The notes under the pieces: model-generated
Database searches by the model: none
Told to the model about the DNA's origin: nothing
What the model saw: only the letters and a program-made list of their open reading frames with translations
Position numbers and translations under genes: made by a program
Shown here: positions 48,499 through 57,810 of the stretch, one piece after another
Position numbering within the stretch: the first letter of the stretch is position 1
How the letters are laid out: the number at the start of each line of letters is the position of its first letter
Virus record (IMG/VR): IMGVR_UViG_3300029305_004474
Location: 36,752 to 100,751 of that record
Direction: 5' to 3' (one strand)
Length of the DNA: 64,000 nt
Origin: a virus
Lineage: Duplodnaviria; Caudoviricetes

Positions 48499-50807
48499 TT
48501 ATTTTAAGAGTTTGTCTATATCCACTTCATTAAATTTAATCTTTGCTTCATGGAAAAGTTTCATCTTTTTAGCCATAATGGTATTTGGAACACGCCCTGT
48601 AATTAATCCAACTGTATCAATTCCCAATGTTTTCGGAGCTTCCCCAACACAATGTCGACAGAGTTTTTCACTACCACAAAACATAGGAGAGCGTAGTTTA
48701 ATCGGTTTACCTATGTATGATTTTACATTATCGTCGGTTAATAATACACATTTACCGTTCTCTTCAATATATTGAAGAACTAAATCTTTTGCCATTGCTT
48801 CTGGCATTACAAAATTCAATGTATGTTTTGTACCGCAATCTTCTAATTCTGGGTCAGCCATAATACACTGATATGCAGAATAAAATTGCTTGGTAATATA
48901 ACCAGAAACGGCCGTGCCACAAAATCTTCATATCTTGTCGTTACTCAAGATACCGTAATTAAAATTACTGCTCTACTTTCATTTATATGTAGAAGTTGAG
49001 ACTATATCATCATCCAATATATACTGTTACCATATATATTGGAGCCTTGTGCTTCCACCCACTTGGGTGTACTCTACTCCCTTCGAGCGAATAAAAATCG
49101 CCTTATATTCAATCCATCTAGGTTGAGACAAATGAAGTCTCAACCTATTTGTGTATTTCTACAAATATGGATGTCTAGGTTTCGATAGTCGTTGAACGTC
49201 ATGTTTGATATTTATACAAATAAGAAATTCTATTATATGTTAATAATTAGAAAGCATAATTCTTCGATATGTGCTTCCAACATTCTCTATATCTAATATG
49301 AGATACTAAGCTTCTGGACACATTTAATGAATTTGCTATCGTGTTAATAGTATGACCTTTTGACAAAAGATCACAAATATGTATAGCAGTACTTTCATCT
49401 ATTTTTGCAAGATGAGAGTTCTCTCCCATAGAAATAGATGCTAATCCACTTTCAAAAGCATGAATTGTATTTCCTCTTGGAGTAGTCCATTCTAAATTAT
49501 TCAAATCACAATTTAATCTATCGCCATCTATATGATTTGGTTCTAGACTATATTGTGAATATCCTTGATTTAGATATTTCTCCGGAATTGGAATAAATAA
49601 TATTGCTAATAATCTGTGAAGAGAAATCTTTTTATGTTTCCCTTTTATTCCGAGAATTACACGTTTATATCCGTTAGATGAAATTTCATACTTTAGAATA
49701 TTTCTGGTATTCATATTTCTTACTACTCCAGTGGATTTGACTTCATAATTTGTAGATATCCCATCGTATATAATATGTTTCCACTCTGAATCTGGATGAG
49801 AATCAGTTGATATATGATGATGTGTAATATTAACAATCTTATTTTTCTTTTTCATATTATTCACCTCCTTTCTCTTGTGAATAATATATATTTTATTTCT
49901 TACTTATACAATTATCAAATATTTTCGCTGCTGATTATCTTATTATATTAAGACTTCCCAGCAATTCGCAAGGTTTTCTTAATGCATATTACTATGCATT
50001 GGCGGCTGTGCACCATTTAACCGCCTTTGGGTAAGAAGCATTTACGTTCAAGTTACCCATGGCTATAAGATCTTCTTTTTTCAGTCCTTCTAAGTAACCA
50101 TGAGTAATAAAGTCATATTCATTTGTAGCTTCATTTTTAACTGCACCTATCATAATATTAATATTTTTATAGTCATTTCCAAAGCTACCACGAGCACCAG
50201 AGTCAAAAAGAGTCATACCAGGATTACCTTTTAATTCACTTTTAGCATAATCAACTAATGCGTCTTCTGTTTTAACCATGTTATCCAATGTACGTTCTTT
50301 CATATTATCTAGAAGCTCTTTCTTCTTCTTTTTAAGTCCAGGGCTAGTTTGGAATAATTGCTGTGTATATGATGGACTAAATACCGTAACTAGTTTCATA
50401 GAATAGAATTCATAATTCTTTAAAAATGGAATGAGTTGTGTTTCAATATTAATCTCGTTACTTCTCAAAGCCTTTTCTATATACCCTAAGAATTTTTTAA
50501 AATGACTATTTGTAACTTCGCCATCAAAAAAATGATTAGGAATAAATTCTTCTACAGTACCTTCTACGAATAATTTATTCCATAAAATACTTCCCACAGT
50601 TGTATCAACTGCTTCGATGTTGATATATTCACCAGCATCAAGATGTACATGATCCATAGTGTTATATTTAGGAGCGATTCTTACAAATTTTCCATTTACT
50701 TTTTTAGCAGTCCATCCAAATAACTTAGTTAAATTCGATACTGCTAAATCGTATCCGTGCAATTTAATTAATGCTTCTTTATCAGGACCGGTTAAGATGT
50801 TAGCCAT
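48499..50807 (-). CDS. Phage RNA polymerase beta' C-terminal piece (phiKZ gp80-like), spliced: exon1 50807-50020, exon2 48919-48499, 402 aa
   Basis: Exon1 has NPGMTLFDSGARGS and YLEGL. Spliced junction YPKAV-GTAVSGYITKQ corresponds to the bridge helix. Exon2 has the Zn site DCGT..LRSPMFC....LCRHCVG and trigger-loop-like VGLITG...KMKLFH. 788+421 nt = 403 codons. Confidence 0.9.
48920..50019 (-). mobile_element. Group I self-splicing intron (1100 nt)
   Basis: 5' exon GGCGGU pairs with intron GCCGCC (P1, U-G at the splice site); terminal G at 48920; core elements GAATTGCTGGGAA, AATCAGCAG, GTTCAACGACTA, GATATAGTC; removal restores the frame. Confidence 0.92.
49247..49864 (-). CDS. Intron-encoded HNH homing endonuclease (NUMOD4-like + HNH + C-terminal HTH, 205 aa)
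   Basis: EWKHI..YEVKSTGVVRN, LHRLLAILFIP, PNHIDGDRLNCDLNNLEWTTPRGNTIHA; AAAGGAGGT RBS. Confidence 0.92.
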   Translation of the reverse strand: MNNMKKKNKIVNITHHHISTDSHPDSEWKHIIYDGISTNYEVKSTGVVRNMNTRNILKYEISSNGYKRVILGIKGKHKKISLHRLLAILFIPIPEKYLNQGYSQYSLEPNHIDGDRLNCDLNNLEWTTPRGNTIHAFESGLASISMGENSHLAKIDESTAIHICDLLSKGHTINTIANSLNVSRSLVSHIRYRECWKHISKNYAF

Positions 50808-50810
50808 AGT

Positions 50811-51023
50811 TTATCTCCTTTTCTTTACATAGTCTATTAAATAAATCGTTATAATTAAAAATGTAAAAGCTATAAGTAATAATCCATAAAAAGCGACTGT
50901 TTCATATGCTTCTATAAATAGTTTAGAATGGTTAAGATATTTCTTACTAATTTCTATAAAGATTACTATTAATAATACCTGTAATTCAAAAGAAATAGTT
51001 ATGATAAAATCTTTCCATTTCAT
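50811..51023 (-). CDS. Small membrane protein (70 aa, 2 TM)
   Basis: AAGGAGG RBS; AACT-N6-TA at 51042-51053. Confidence 0.7.
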   Translation of the reverse strand: MKWKDFIITISFELQVLLIVIFIEISKKYLNHSKLFIEAYETVAFYGLLLIAFTFLIITIYLIDYVKKRR

Positions 51024-51094
51024 ACTGTATAACCTCCTTTTTATATAAAAGTTAAAAATAGAGTGAATCTGAATTATGATTCACTCTATAATAT

Positions 51095-51727
51095 TTACAT
51101 TTTAAACATTGGTTTTATTCTGTCTACATCAAGAACACCTTTATCGAAACTATCATTATTTTTAGAAAGATTGATGTAGTTCCAGATTTTATATTTTTGA
51201 TTATCTTCGAAATAAGCCTGATAATCTTCGATAAACCGAGCTATATCACCAATACCTTGCTTTAAGTTAAGAAACATGTCTTTATTATGAACTGCTTCGT
51301 GTGATGTAACTGCTAACATCACTATTTGTATCCTAAGATCAAAATGTTCTTGTAATACTATATCAGCAATTCTCATAGTATTGATTTTATAACCTTTTTT
51401 AATAAATTTGAGTAGTACTACTTCACATATATCGTATAACGTGAACAGTGGTCCATGATGCATTTCAATAGTTACATCTTGACCAGTTAATTGTCTACAT
51501 GCCTGACAAAAATCTAGTCCATATTTCTGCTTAAGTTGACTTATAAAATGCTTATAATCTGGATCGCTTCTAACCATTTTTTCCACATTCTTTATGAACG
51601 AAGTATAAACGATATCATCTTCAAAATATTCTCTATCTTTATACAGAGATATGCAATCATTATTATCTTCAGTTGCATATATATACTTACACACATCTCG
51701 TTTATAGATAATATTAGGCCAATTCAT
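51095..51727 (-). CDS. HNH-like fold protein (210 aa)
   Basis: CQAC..IEMHHGPLFTLYDI...LQEHF...LAVTSHEAVHN; GAGGTG RBS; GACA-N6-TA at 51759-51770. Confidence 0.65.
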   Translation of the reverse strand: MNWPNIIYKRDVCKYIYATEDNNDCISLYKDREYFEDDIVYTSFIKNVEKMVRSDPDYKHFISQLKQKYGLDFCQACRQLTGQDVTIEMHHGPLFTLYDICEVVLLKFIKKGYKINTMRIADIVLQEHFDLRIQIVMLAVTSHEAVHNKDMFLNLKQGIGDIARFIEDYQAYFEDNQKYKIWNYINLSKNNDSFDKGVLDVDRIKPMFKM

Positions 51728-51819
51728 ATAATCACCTCTTTTTATAATATAAATTAGTTACCTTACTGTCGCTCAGACAAACCTATAATCATCATAAAGG
51801 AAAGGTTGGGTTATAGGGT

Positions 51820-52548
51820 ATGTTAGAAATTCCGTATACGATGTTAATAGAAGCTGAAGCTTTAAGGGCCCATGTAAAGTTCAATAAGCACGCAATGGAA
51901 TCTTTCGAAGAATGTGAAGCAAACGAAAGTGCGGTTTCTCAAATAAAATCTATGAATAAGATAATAGATGGTTCTATGAATTATGCTACTATATCTAGTG
52001 GTACTAAAATAAGAAATTTTATGAATGAATTTGTAAGAAATGCAAAATCTTCGATTCAAGATGTAAAACGAAGTTTAATCTATGATAAAATAATGACAGA
52101 TGAATGTGTTGATTGTACTGGAGCTATTACATTTATTAAATCCAGATGGAAAGATATTAAACAATTACAAGATTTAATTCATCGTGAATTTAAAATAGTA
52201 AAAAATGGTTCTATGAAAAGAGATAGAAGTTCCTCATATGCAGAAATTGATAAAAAGAAATATGCATTGATGAAGGATTTTATTTCTGCAATAGAGTCGT
52301 CAGATAAAAAAGATAAAGAGGTAAAATTATCTGAAGTAAAAGAAGTGTTGAATAATTTAGATGAATTGATAATGGATATGGGTCGAACAGCTGATGATTT
52401 AAATGTCATATTAAAAAGATTAGAAATGACGACTACAGATATTTATATTTGTGAGTCTATTAGTAACCTACTTCAATATATAACTTATATAATAAATACT
52501 TATACATATATGACGAACGAAGTTCTTAAATCTATCAAACCTGTGTAG
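51820..52548 (+). CDS. Probable virion protein with propeptide (242 aa)
   Basis: AMES and EANES motifs near the N-terminus; GACA-N6-TA at 51776-51787. Confidence 0.65.
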   Translation: MLEIPYTMLIEAEALRAHVKFNKHAMESFEECEANESAVSQIKSMNKIIDGSMNYATISSGTKIRNFMNEFVRNAKSSIQDVKRSLIYDKIMTDECVDCTGAITFIKSRWKDIKQLQDLIHREFKIVKNGSMKRDRSSSYAEIDKKKYALMKDFISAIESSDKKDKEVKLSEVKEVLNNLDELIMDMGRTADDLNVILKRLEMTTTDIYICESISNLLQYITYIINTYTYMTNEVLKSIKPV

Positions 52549-52583
52549 CAATATAAACATAAATACTGAATAGACAATAAGAT

Positions 52584-52734
52584 AAAAATATAACCTATCC
52601 AATGATATGGGCCTGGAAGTTTCTTATTGGATAAATTTCGGTTGTATTTTTCCTCCTATTTTTTATTTATGGTAAATCAAATTTTTGTGTGAAAGAGCAT
52701 TTGGACAATATGATTTTGTCTGAGTGCTCTTTTT
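52584..52734 (+). ncRNA. Candidate small RNA (about 150 nt)
   Basis: GACA ataaga TA at 52573-52584; long 5' hairpin starting at the predicted +1, then CCTCCT, GGTAAAT and a terminator; G-U pairs favour the plus strand. Confidence 0.45.
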
Positions 52735-52761
52735 GCACTATTATTTGAAAGGAGAATTCAT

Positions 52762-53424
52762 ATGAGTAAAGGATTTATTATTGAATTTGAAGGTGTTGAT
52801 GGATGTGGTAAAACAACACAAATTGAAAAACTTAAGGATTATTTTACAAGTATAGGAAGGAGTTTTACTATTCTTAAATTTCCTACGGAGAATCATGTTT
52901 CTAGCAAATTAGCTCGTGCATATTTGAATCAGGAGATTGATTCAGAATCGTTTAATGGGTATCAGGCGGAAATGTTCTATATCGTAGATTTTATTTGTCA
53001 TGCTAAAACAATTCGCGAAGCCTTAAATCGAGGCGATGTTGTTATTATTGATAGATATATTGGTACAGCGTATACTCATCAGACCATTAGAGATTTTGAT
53101 CCTGGAAATAAATTTTTTTATAATTATATGCTAAAGTATATTGAAAATATCGATGAAATAGCATATAATGTTTTGGATCTACCTGAACCAGATCTTGTAT
53201 TATATTTCAGTATTAGCCCAGGATGCGTTGAAGCTCGGAGAAAGAATGATTTGAGTAGAGCCGGAGACTATCATGAAAATAATGAAGAAATGATGAGACG
53301 AATTTATCATTCAGGATTAACAGCTGCATCTATAAAAAACTGGGATATTGTAGATTGTGATGATAAGACTATTGATCAGATTCATGCTGAAGTAATAAAA
53401 ATTGTTAAAGATTATCATTTATAA
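52762..53424 (+). CDS. tmk: Thymidylate (dTMP/dUMP) kinase (220 aa)
   Basis: IEFEGVDGCGKTTQ, KFP, IIDRYIGT, LPEPDLVLYF, DYHE. Confidence 0.9.
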   Translation: MSKGFIIEFEGVDGCGKTTQIEKLKDYFTSIGRSFTILKFPTENHVSSKLARAYLNQEIDSESFNGYQAEMFYIVDFICHAKTIREALNRGDVVIIDRYIGTAYTHQTIRDFDPGNKFFYNYMLKYIENIDEIAYNVLDLPEPDLVLYFSISPGCVEARRKNDLSRAGDYHENNEEMMRRIYHSGLTAASIKNWDIVDCDDKTIDQIHAEVIKIVKDYHL

Positions 53425-53510
53425 GATATTTTTCTTTTTCGAAATCATTTATAGATATCATTTAAATGATACTAATAAATGTACAGTAGAAAAAGAAAGG
53501 AGTTACGACA

Positions 53511-54389
53511 ATGATTAAAACATTGACAGAAAAACTATTTAAGAAGCAAAGAAAATCTATAACTAAAGCACCATCCAATCTTTTCAACAAAAAGTTGGTA
53601 GATAGTGCTATGTATCAACTATTGATAAGATATTTAGAGGTTGAATATGGATTTAATACTGCAGTAAATTGGACCTATAATAAAATGGAAAAATGCGAAT
53701 ATTTATTTATAGGTGAAGATGAAATGCATCACTATGCATACGAATTAAATTATGATGCTATTCCAGTAGAGGATCTTACTCTTCCTCAATATCAAGATAT
53801 CATGTTTGAAATTCTTGTATCCATAGCAGATAAATTACCAGATAATCCTTTGATTATTACAAATCCAGAAGTTGAGTATGGTAATATGATTTGGATTAGA
53901 AGAAGAGTTGATACAATATGTAGGGTATTATATGAATTTTATCTTAATCATGCTTCAATTGATTTAGTCGAAAAGCTTTCTCAGAATATACAATTACATA
54001 GACTGGTTAAATCATATAAAAGAATGTGGAGAGAGCTAGATGGTAGGGTAATATTTCATACATGTACTACTATGATGGATGAAAACAAGTATAATGTATT
54101 GGATGTGGCATTAAATCACCCTGATATCATACACGATGTAGAATATGCTGTAATGGTATATGTAGGAAACAATTTCAATCCTTGTGAGAGAACTTCTCCT
54201 CTTATTCCTTCAATGGAATATATTGTAGCCAGAAGTAAATATGCAAAGCATGAGATTGGAGAAACTATAGGGTTTGAAGATATTCATGATGACCAATACA
54301 TCGAAAAAATGCTTTACAAAGCAAAAGCAAAACATGCAGAAATGGCACATCAATTCTGTATAGATTATGTGCATAAACACGGAAACTAG
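53511..54389 (+). CDS. Hypothetical protein (292 aa)
   Basis: AAAGGAG RBS; terminator at 54402-54444. Confidence 0.8.
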   Translation: MIKTLTEKLFKKQRKSITKAPSNLFNKKLVDSAMYQLLIRYLEVEYGFNTAVNWTYNKMEKCEYLFIGEDEMHHYAYELNYDAIPVEDLTLPQYQDIMFEILVSIADKLPDNPLIITNPEVEYGNMIWIRRRVDTICRVLYEFYLNHASIDLVEKLSQNIQLHRLVKSYKRMWRELDGRVIFHTCTTMMDENKYNVLDVALNHPDIIHDVEYAVMVYVGNNFNPCERTSPLIPSMEYIVARSKYAKHEIGETIGFEDIHDDQYIEKMLYKAKAKHAEMAHQFCIDYVHKHGN

Positions 54390-54466
54390 ATAAAAATTCT
54401 GAAAATAGTATGTAAAGTTTTTAGCATTTTACATACTATTTTTTATTCTATGAAGGAGGTAATTAT

Positions 54467-55732
54467 ATGGCTTACGATAGTGATATACGAGTATTAAGTT
54501 CTGACGATGATATAATTCTTTATCTTATTCAAGAATTATATCATCAGGTAAATGTGCGGGTTAGCGCTTCTTTGATTCCTGCTCTTATCGTAAAAGAATT
54601 AGACGAGGAAAACAGTGAAGAAGGAAACGAAATTTTTATAGATAAAATCGATTCTCTTAGAAATATAATTCTCATAGATGAATCAATGCTTAGATATCAA
54701 CTTAGAGAAGATAACTATAAAAAAGATTTTAGATATAGATTAATTTATGATATTCCATGTATTAAGGTTTATTATGACAAAGAGCGAGGTTTTTTCATTT
54801 TGCTCCCTATTGTTACAAAACGATTGATAAAAGAATTAAAAAAATATCAGGAAAAATGTAAGAGAACTAACTCTACAAAGAGTAGAATCCCGAAAATGCT
54901 GTTTGATAAAATCGCTAGCTTCTACTGTAAAGGATTAATAGAAGCTATGAAATCTATTTATAATTATTATACTAAATCTATATCAATTTTTCAAATATAT
55001 GATCGTAGAAAAGATAAAGATAATGTGTTGCATATAATGAACGATTCTACTATCGTATGTGAACTTATGAATATATCTCATTCTATCTATATACTTCAAA
55101 CATTTTTAAATGATTGGGAACCTGTATATATTACAGAAAATGAAATATATTATTATGAAAGATTTAGTGTATTAAGATCTCTATCTTCAATTTATGCCCT
55201 AATTGCATCTAATGTTGAAATTCCTCATGATGATAGATTGTTAATTGATCCTTTAATAGATTTCTTTGATATTCATAATTTATCTATTAAGAAAAATGAT
55301 TATAAATTTCTTGATAAACACGATCTGTTATGTAAACTATACAAGATTGGCTCAAAAGATAGTTATAACCGCAGTGAAATAAATAATTATTCATTTTTTG
55401 TAATGAATTTTTATTGGTTGAATTGTACATATCATGTATGCAAGAGACTTGATAAGACTGAAAGATGTAGAGAAAAGTATCAACGAGAATTAGATCTCTA
55501 TTCTCACATTCTTTTACTCGATAAAATAAAGAACATTTGTACTATTTCTGATACTAAAAATCCTATAAATGATGAGATTAATAATAGTATGATAGGCGTA
55601 TTAGAAGACATACTTAAATATAATCAGCCACGTTCTATGGAAAAACCTGAGAATATGCCATTCTTGTATGACTATAGATTATATATGCCAGATAATGTAT
55701 CATCTTATATGGCAATCAATGATGGGAGGTGA
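54467..55732 (+). CDS. Hypothetical protein (421 aa)
   Basis: AAGGAGGT RBS. Confidence 0.8.
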   Translation: MAYDSDIRVLSSDDDIILYLIQELYHQVNVRVSASLIPALIVKELDEENSEEGNEIFIDKIDSLRNIILIDESMLRYQLREDNYKKDFRYRLIYDIPCIKVYYDKERGFFILLPIVTKRLIKELKKYQEKCKRTNSTKSRIPKMLFDKIASFYCKGLIEAMKSIYNYYTKSISIFQIYDRRKDKDNVLHIMNDSTIVCELMNISHSIYILQTFLNDWEPVYITENEIYYYERFSVLRSLSSIYALIASNVEIPHDDRLLIDPLIDFFDIHNLSIKKNDYKFLDKHDLLCKLYKIGSKDSYNRSEINNYSFFVMNFYWLNCTYHVCKRLDKTERCREKYQRELDLYSHILLLDKIKNICTISDTKNPINDEINNSMIGVLEDILKYNQPRSMEKPENMPFLYDYRLYMPDNVSSYMAINDGR

Positions 55733-56337
55733 GTAATATTAAAACTACATTAGAAGATATTATTGATTTTAATAAGAAGACAAATCTTATGGAATATATA
55801 GTACCAAATAATGGTGACATTATATATCAAATATCTGCCGAAGACTATTTTAATAAATATAAGTGTCTTACACCTTCCGAGTTTGAAAAATACAACGGAG
55901 GTGTGTGCTGGGATTATGTGATATACGAAGCAGCTAATTTTAACTCTAGATTTAGAGATATTAAATATGATACTTTTTATATTATTGCAGATAATCCACC
56001 AGAATATTCTACACATACATTTTTAGTATTTTATTTAAATGGCAAAGTATATTGGTATGAATCATCGTGGAAGCCTATGATAGGAATATGGGAATTTGAT
56101 AATGTAGATGATTTACTATCATATATGGAAATTAATCATAGAAAATTGGCTAATAATGCTAAACAGGTACAGGTTATTATTTACGATGCGTTAGATAAGA
56201 ACTTTTTTGGGATGAGATGTAATCAATACATGGACTATATGCACAAAAATTTTTCTGATTATGTTTATAAATTTAATAAAGATGCTAAACCAAATAGAGT
56301 ATTTAACAATAATCAGAAGTTACCAAAAGGTATTTAA
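55729..56337 (+). CDS. Transglutaminase/papain-like cysteine-protease-fold protein (202 aa)
   Basis: GGVCWDYV...THTFLVF...VYWYESSW (C-H-E triad order); GTGA overlap with the upstream gene. Confidence 0.65.
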   Translation: MSNIKTTLEDIIDFNKKTNLMEYIVPNNGDIIYQISAEDYFNKYKCLTPSEFEKYNGGVCWDYVIYEAANFNSRFRDIKYDTFYIIADNPPEYSTHTFLVFYLNGKVYWYESSWKPMIGIWEFDNVDDLLSYMEINHRKLANNAKQVQVIIYDALDKNFFGMRCNQYMDYMHKNFSDYVYKFNKDAKPNRVFNNNQKLPKGI

Positions 56338-56343
56338 GAATTA

Positions 56344-56378
56344 AAAAGAGAGAGTGATATATATCACTCTCTCTTTTT
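56344..56378. terminator. Bidirectional terminator
   Basis: AAAAAGAGAGAGTGAT ata ATCACTCTCTCTTTTT-type perfect inverted repeat between convergent genes. Confidence 0.8.
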
Positions 56379-57282
56379 ATCCCTCGTATACTGAAAGTAA
56401 AACACCTCTAGCCACATTTATTTTATTTATCTTGATTTTTACATATTCGTCAATCATTCTACCATACATATTTTGTATCAAAATCATTCTATCTGTATAT
56501 TTTTTTGCTCTATTTCTTATTTCTTTGCTTAGATTAGTATTGGTAGAAACTAATTTGAAGTTTGCATTTATTTTTGCCATAGTATCTCTATTCTTAGCTT
56601 TGTCAGTACTAATTTTAACATGAATAGCATCTTTTCTACCGGCGGCAATATCTTCATATGATTTTACATCTCCTTCGTAAATCGGTATTGCTACTTGATT
56701 TCCTTTACATACTTTATGCAAATATTTATAAAAATCGTCCATAGTTTTACAAAATTCCGGAGCACCTAGTTTTTTTAGTATTGTTTTAATTAATTCCTCA
56801 TGGGTCATTTCTAGTAATGAATCTTCTGGTAATCTAGAACCAAATGCATTACCAGATACAATTCTATTTGTATTATCTACCAACAATCTAAATCTTGCTA
56901 ATGCAATATCTGCAGGTTTTGTATTACATTTATATGTAGGTACTGTCACTGGAAAGTTTGGTTTGCTTTTTTTACCTTCCTCTATTCTTTTCAAAAAGTC
57001 ATTGTCTGAAGCAAATAAGAGATCTAATTTAGCATCAATTCCATTAAATAGACTAGCAAAAAATTCTACTAATTTAGAAATAGCTTCACTTAAAACATCA
57101 GACATTTCATTTATTTTTTCTCTGCTTTTCACTACTTCTTCTTGGGTCAATGTAGATTTCCCTTTATCACTATCTTGATCTACTTCTGCAGGTTTGCTAA
57201 TTGGTGTAGTTATAGGTTTTGTCATATCCGCTTCTAGTGCAGTAGATTTATTATTAAACCTATTAAAAGATGAGTATAACAT
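56377..57282 (-). CDS. Probable virion protein with propeptide (301 aa)
   Basis: TALEA motif at residues 14-18; AACA ttttga TA at 57310-57321; AAAGGA RBS. Confidence 0.65.
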   Translation of the reverse strand: MLYSSFNRFNNKSTALEADMTKPITTPISKPAEVDQDSDKGKSTLTQEEVVKSREKINEMSDVLSEAISKLVEFFASLFNGIDAKLDLLFASDNDFLKRIEEGKKSKPNFPVTVPTYKCNTKPADIALARFRLLVDNTNRIVSGNAFGSRLPEDSLLEMTHEELIKTILKKLGAPEFCKTMDDFYKYLHKVCKGNQVAIPIYEGDVKSYEDIAAGRKDAIHVKISTDKAKNRDTMAKINANFKLVSTNTNLSKEIRNRAKKYTDRMILIQNMYGRMIDEYVKIKINKINVARGVLLSVYEG

Positions 57283-57569
57283 AAATACATCAATCCTTTC
57301 TTATAAAATTATCAAAATGTTGATTAGGGGATTTTAAAGAGATTACCTGTTAGCCAGATAGGTAATCTCTTTACATACGTGGAAATTTACAACTCCTTTA
57401 GAGAATAAAAAACGACTTGCTCTAATATAATGTTGCTTAATTATAATTACGTAATCAATTTAAAATTAAATATATATCATAAATAAGATATCTAATAGAG
57501 ATGGTAAAAGCTATATTCGGGTCTCTTATAGCTATCAAAAAAAAAAAAGAAAGCGGAGGTAAATAAAAA

Positions 57570-57698
57570 ATGGATGAACTGGAGTTATTACAGGAATTAA
57601 TTGATATGCGTGACGCAATGTGTGATCAGGACATGGAGGACTGGATGGGGGATTACGATAGAGAAGTTTGTGGTTTAGACCCCGACGCATTTAATTAA
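57570..57698 (+). CDS. Small highly acidic protein (42 aa, MDELELLQELIDMRDAMCDQDMEDWMGDYDREVCGLDPDAFN)
   Basis: GGAGGT RBS; TATATCAT at 57473-57480; own terminator at 57712-57742. Confidence 0.7.
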   Translation: MDELELLQELIDMRDAMCDQDMEDWMGDYDREVCGLDPDAFN

Positions 57699-57810
57699 TT
57701 CTAAAATTTTTAAAAGGGTATAATGATTCATTATACCCTTTCTTTTTTCTTTTCTTTTTCGCTATTTATATTGACAAATTACTAAGCTTTTAAGAAAGGA
57801 GAGATATACT

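Noticed and set aside
48499-48861. Stand-alone 120-aa gene (and 271-aa gene 49992-50807)
   Set aside because: They are exons of one intron-split RNAP beta' gene
57495-57550. preQ1-I riboswitch resemblance (AGAG..CTCT plus A-rich tail)
   Set aside because: Loop consensus is absent and the downstream gene has no link to queuosine
57771-57800. Sigma70/SigA -35 TTGACA
   Set aside because: No -10 box at 16-18 nt spacing; better explained as GACA-N6-TA
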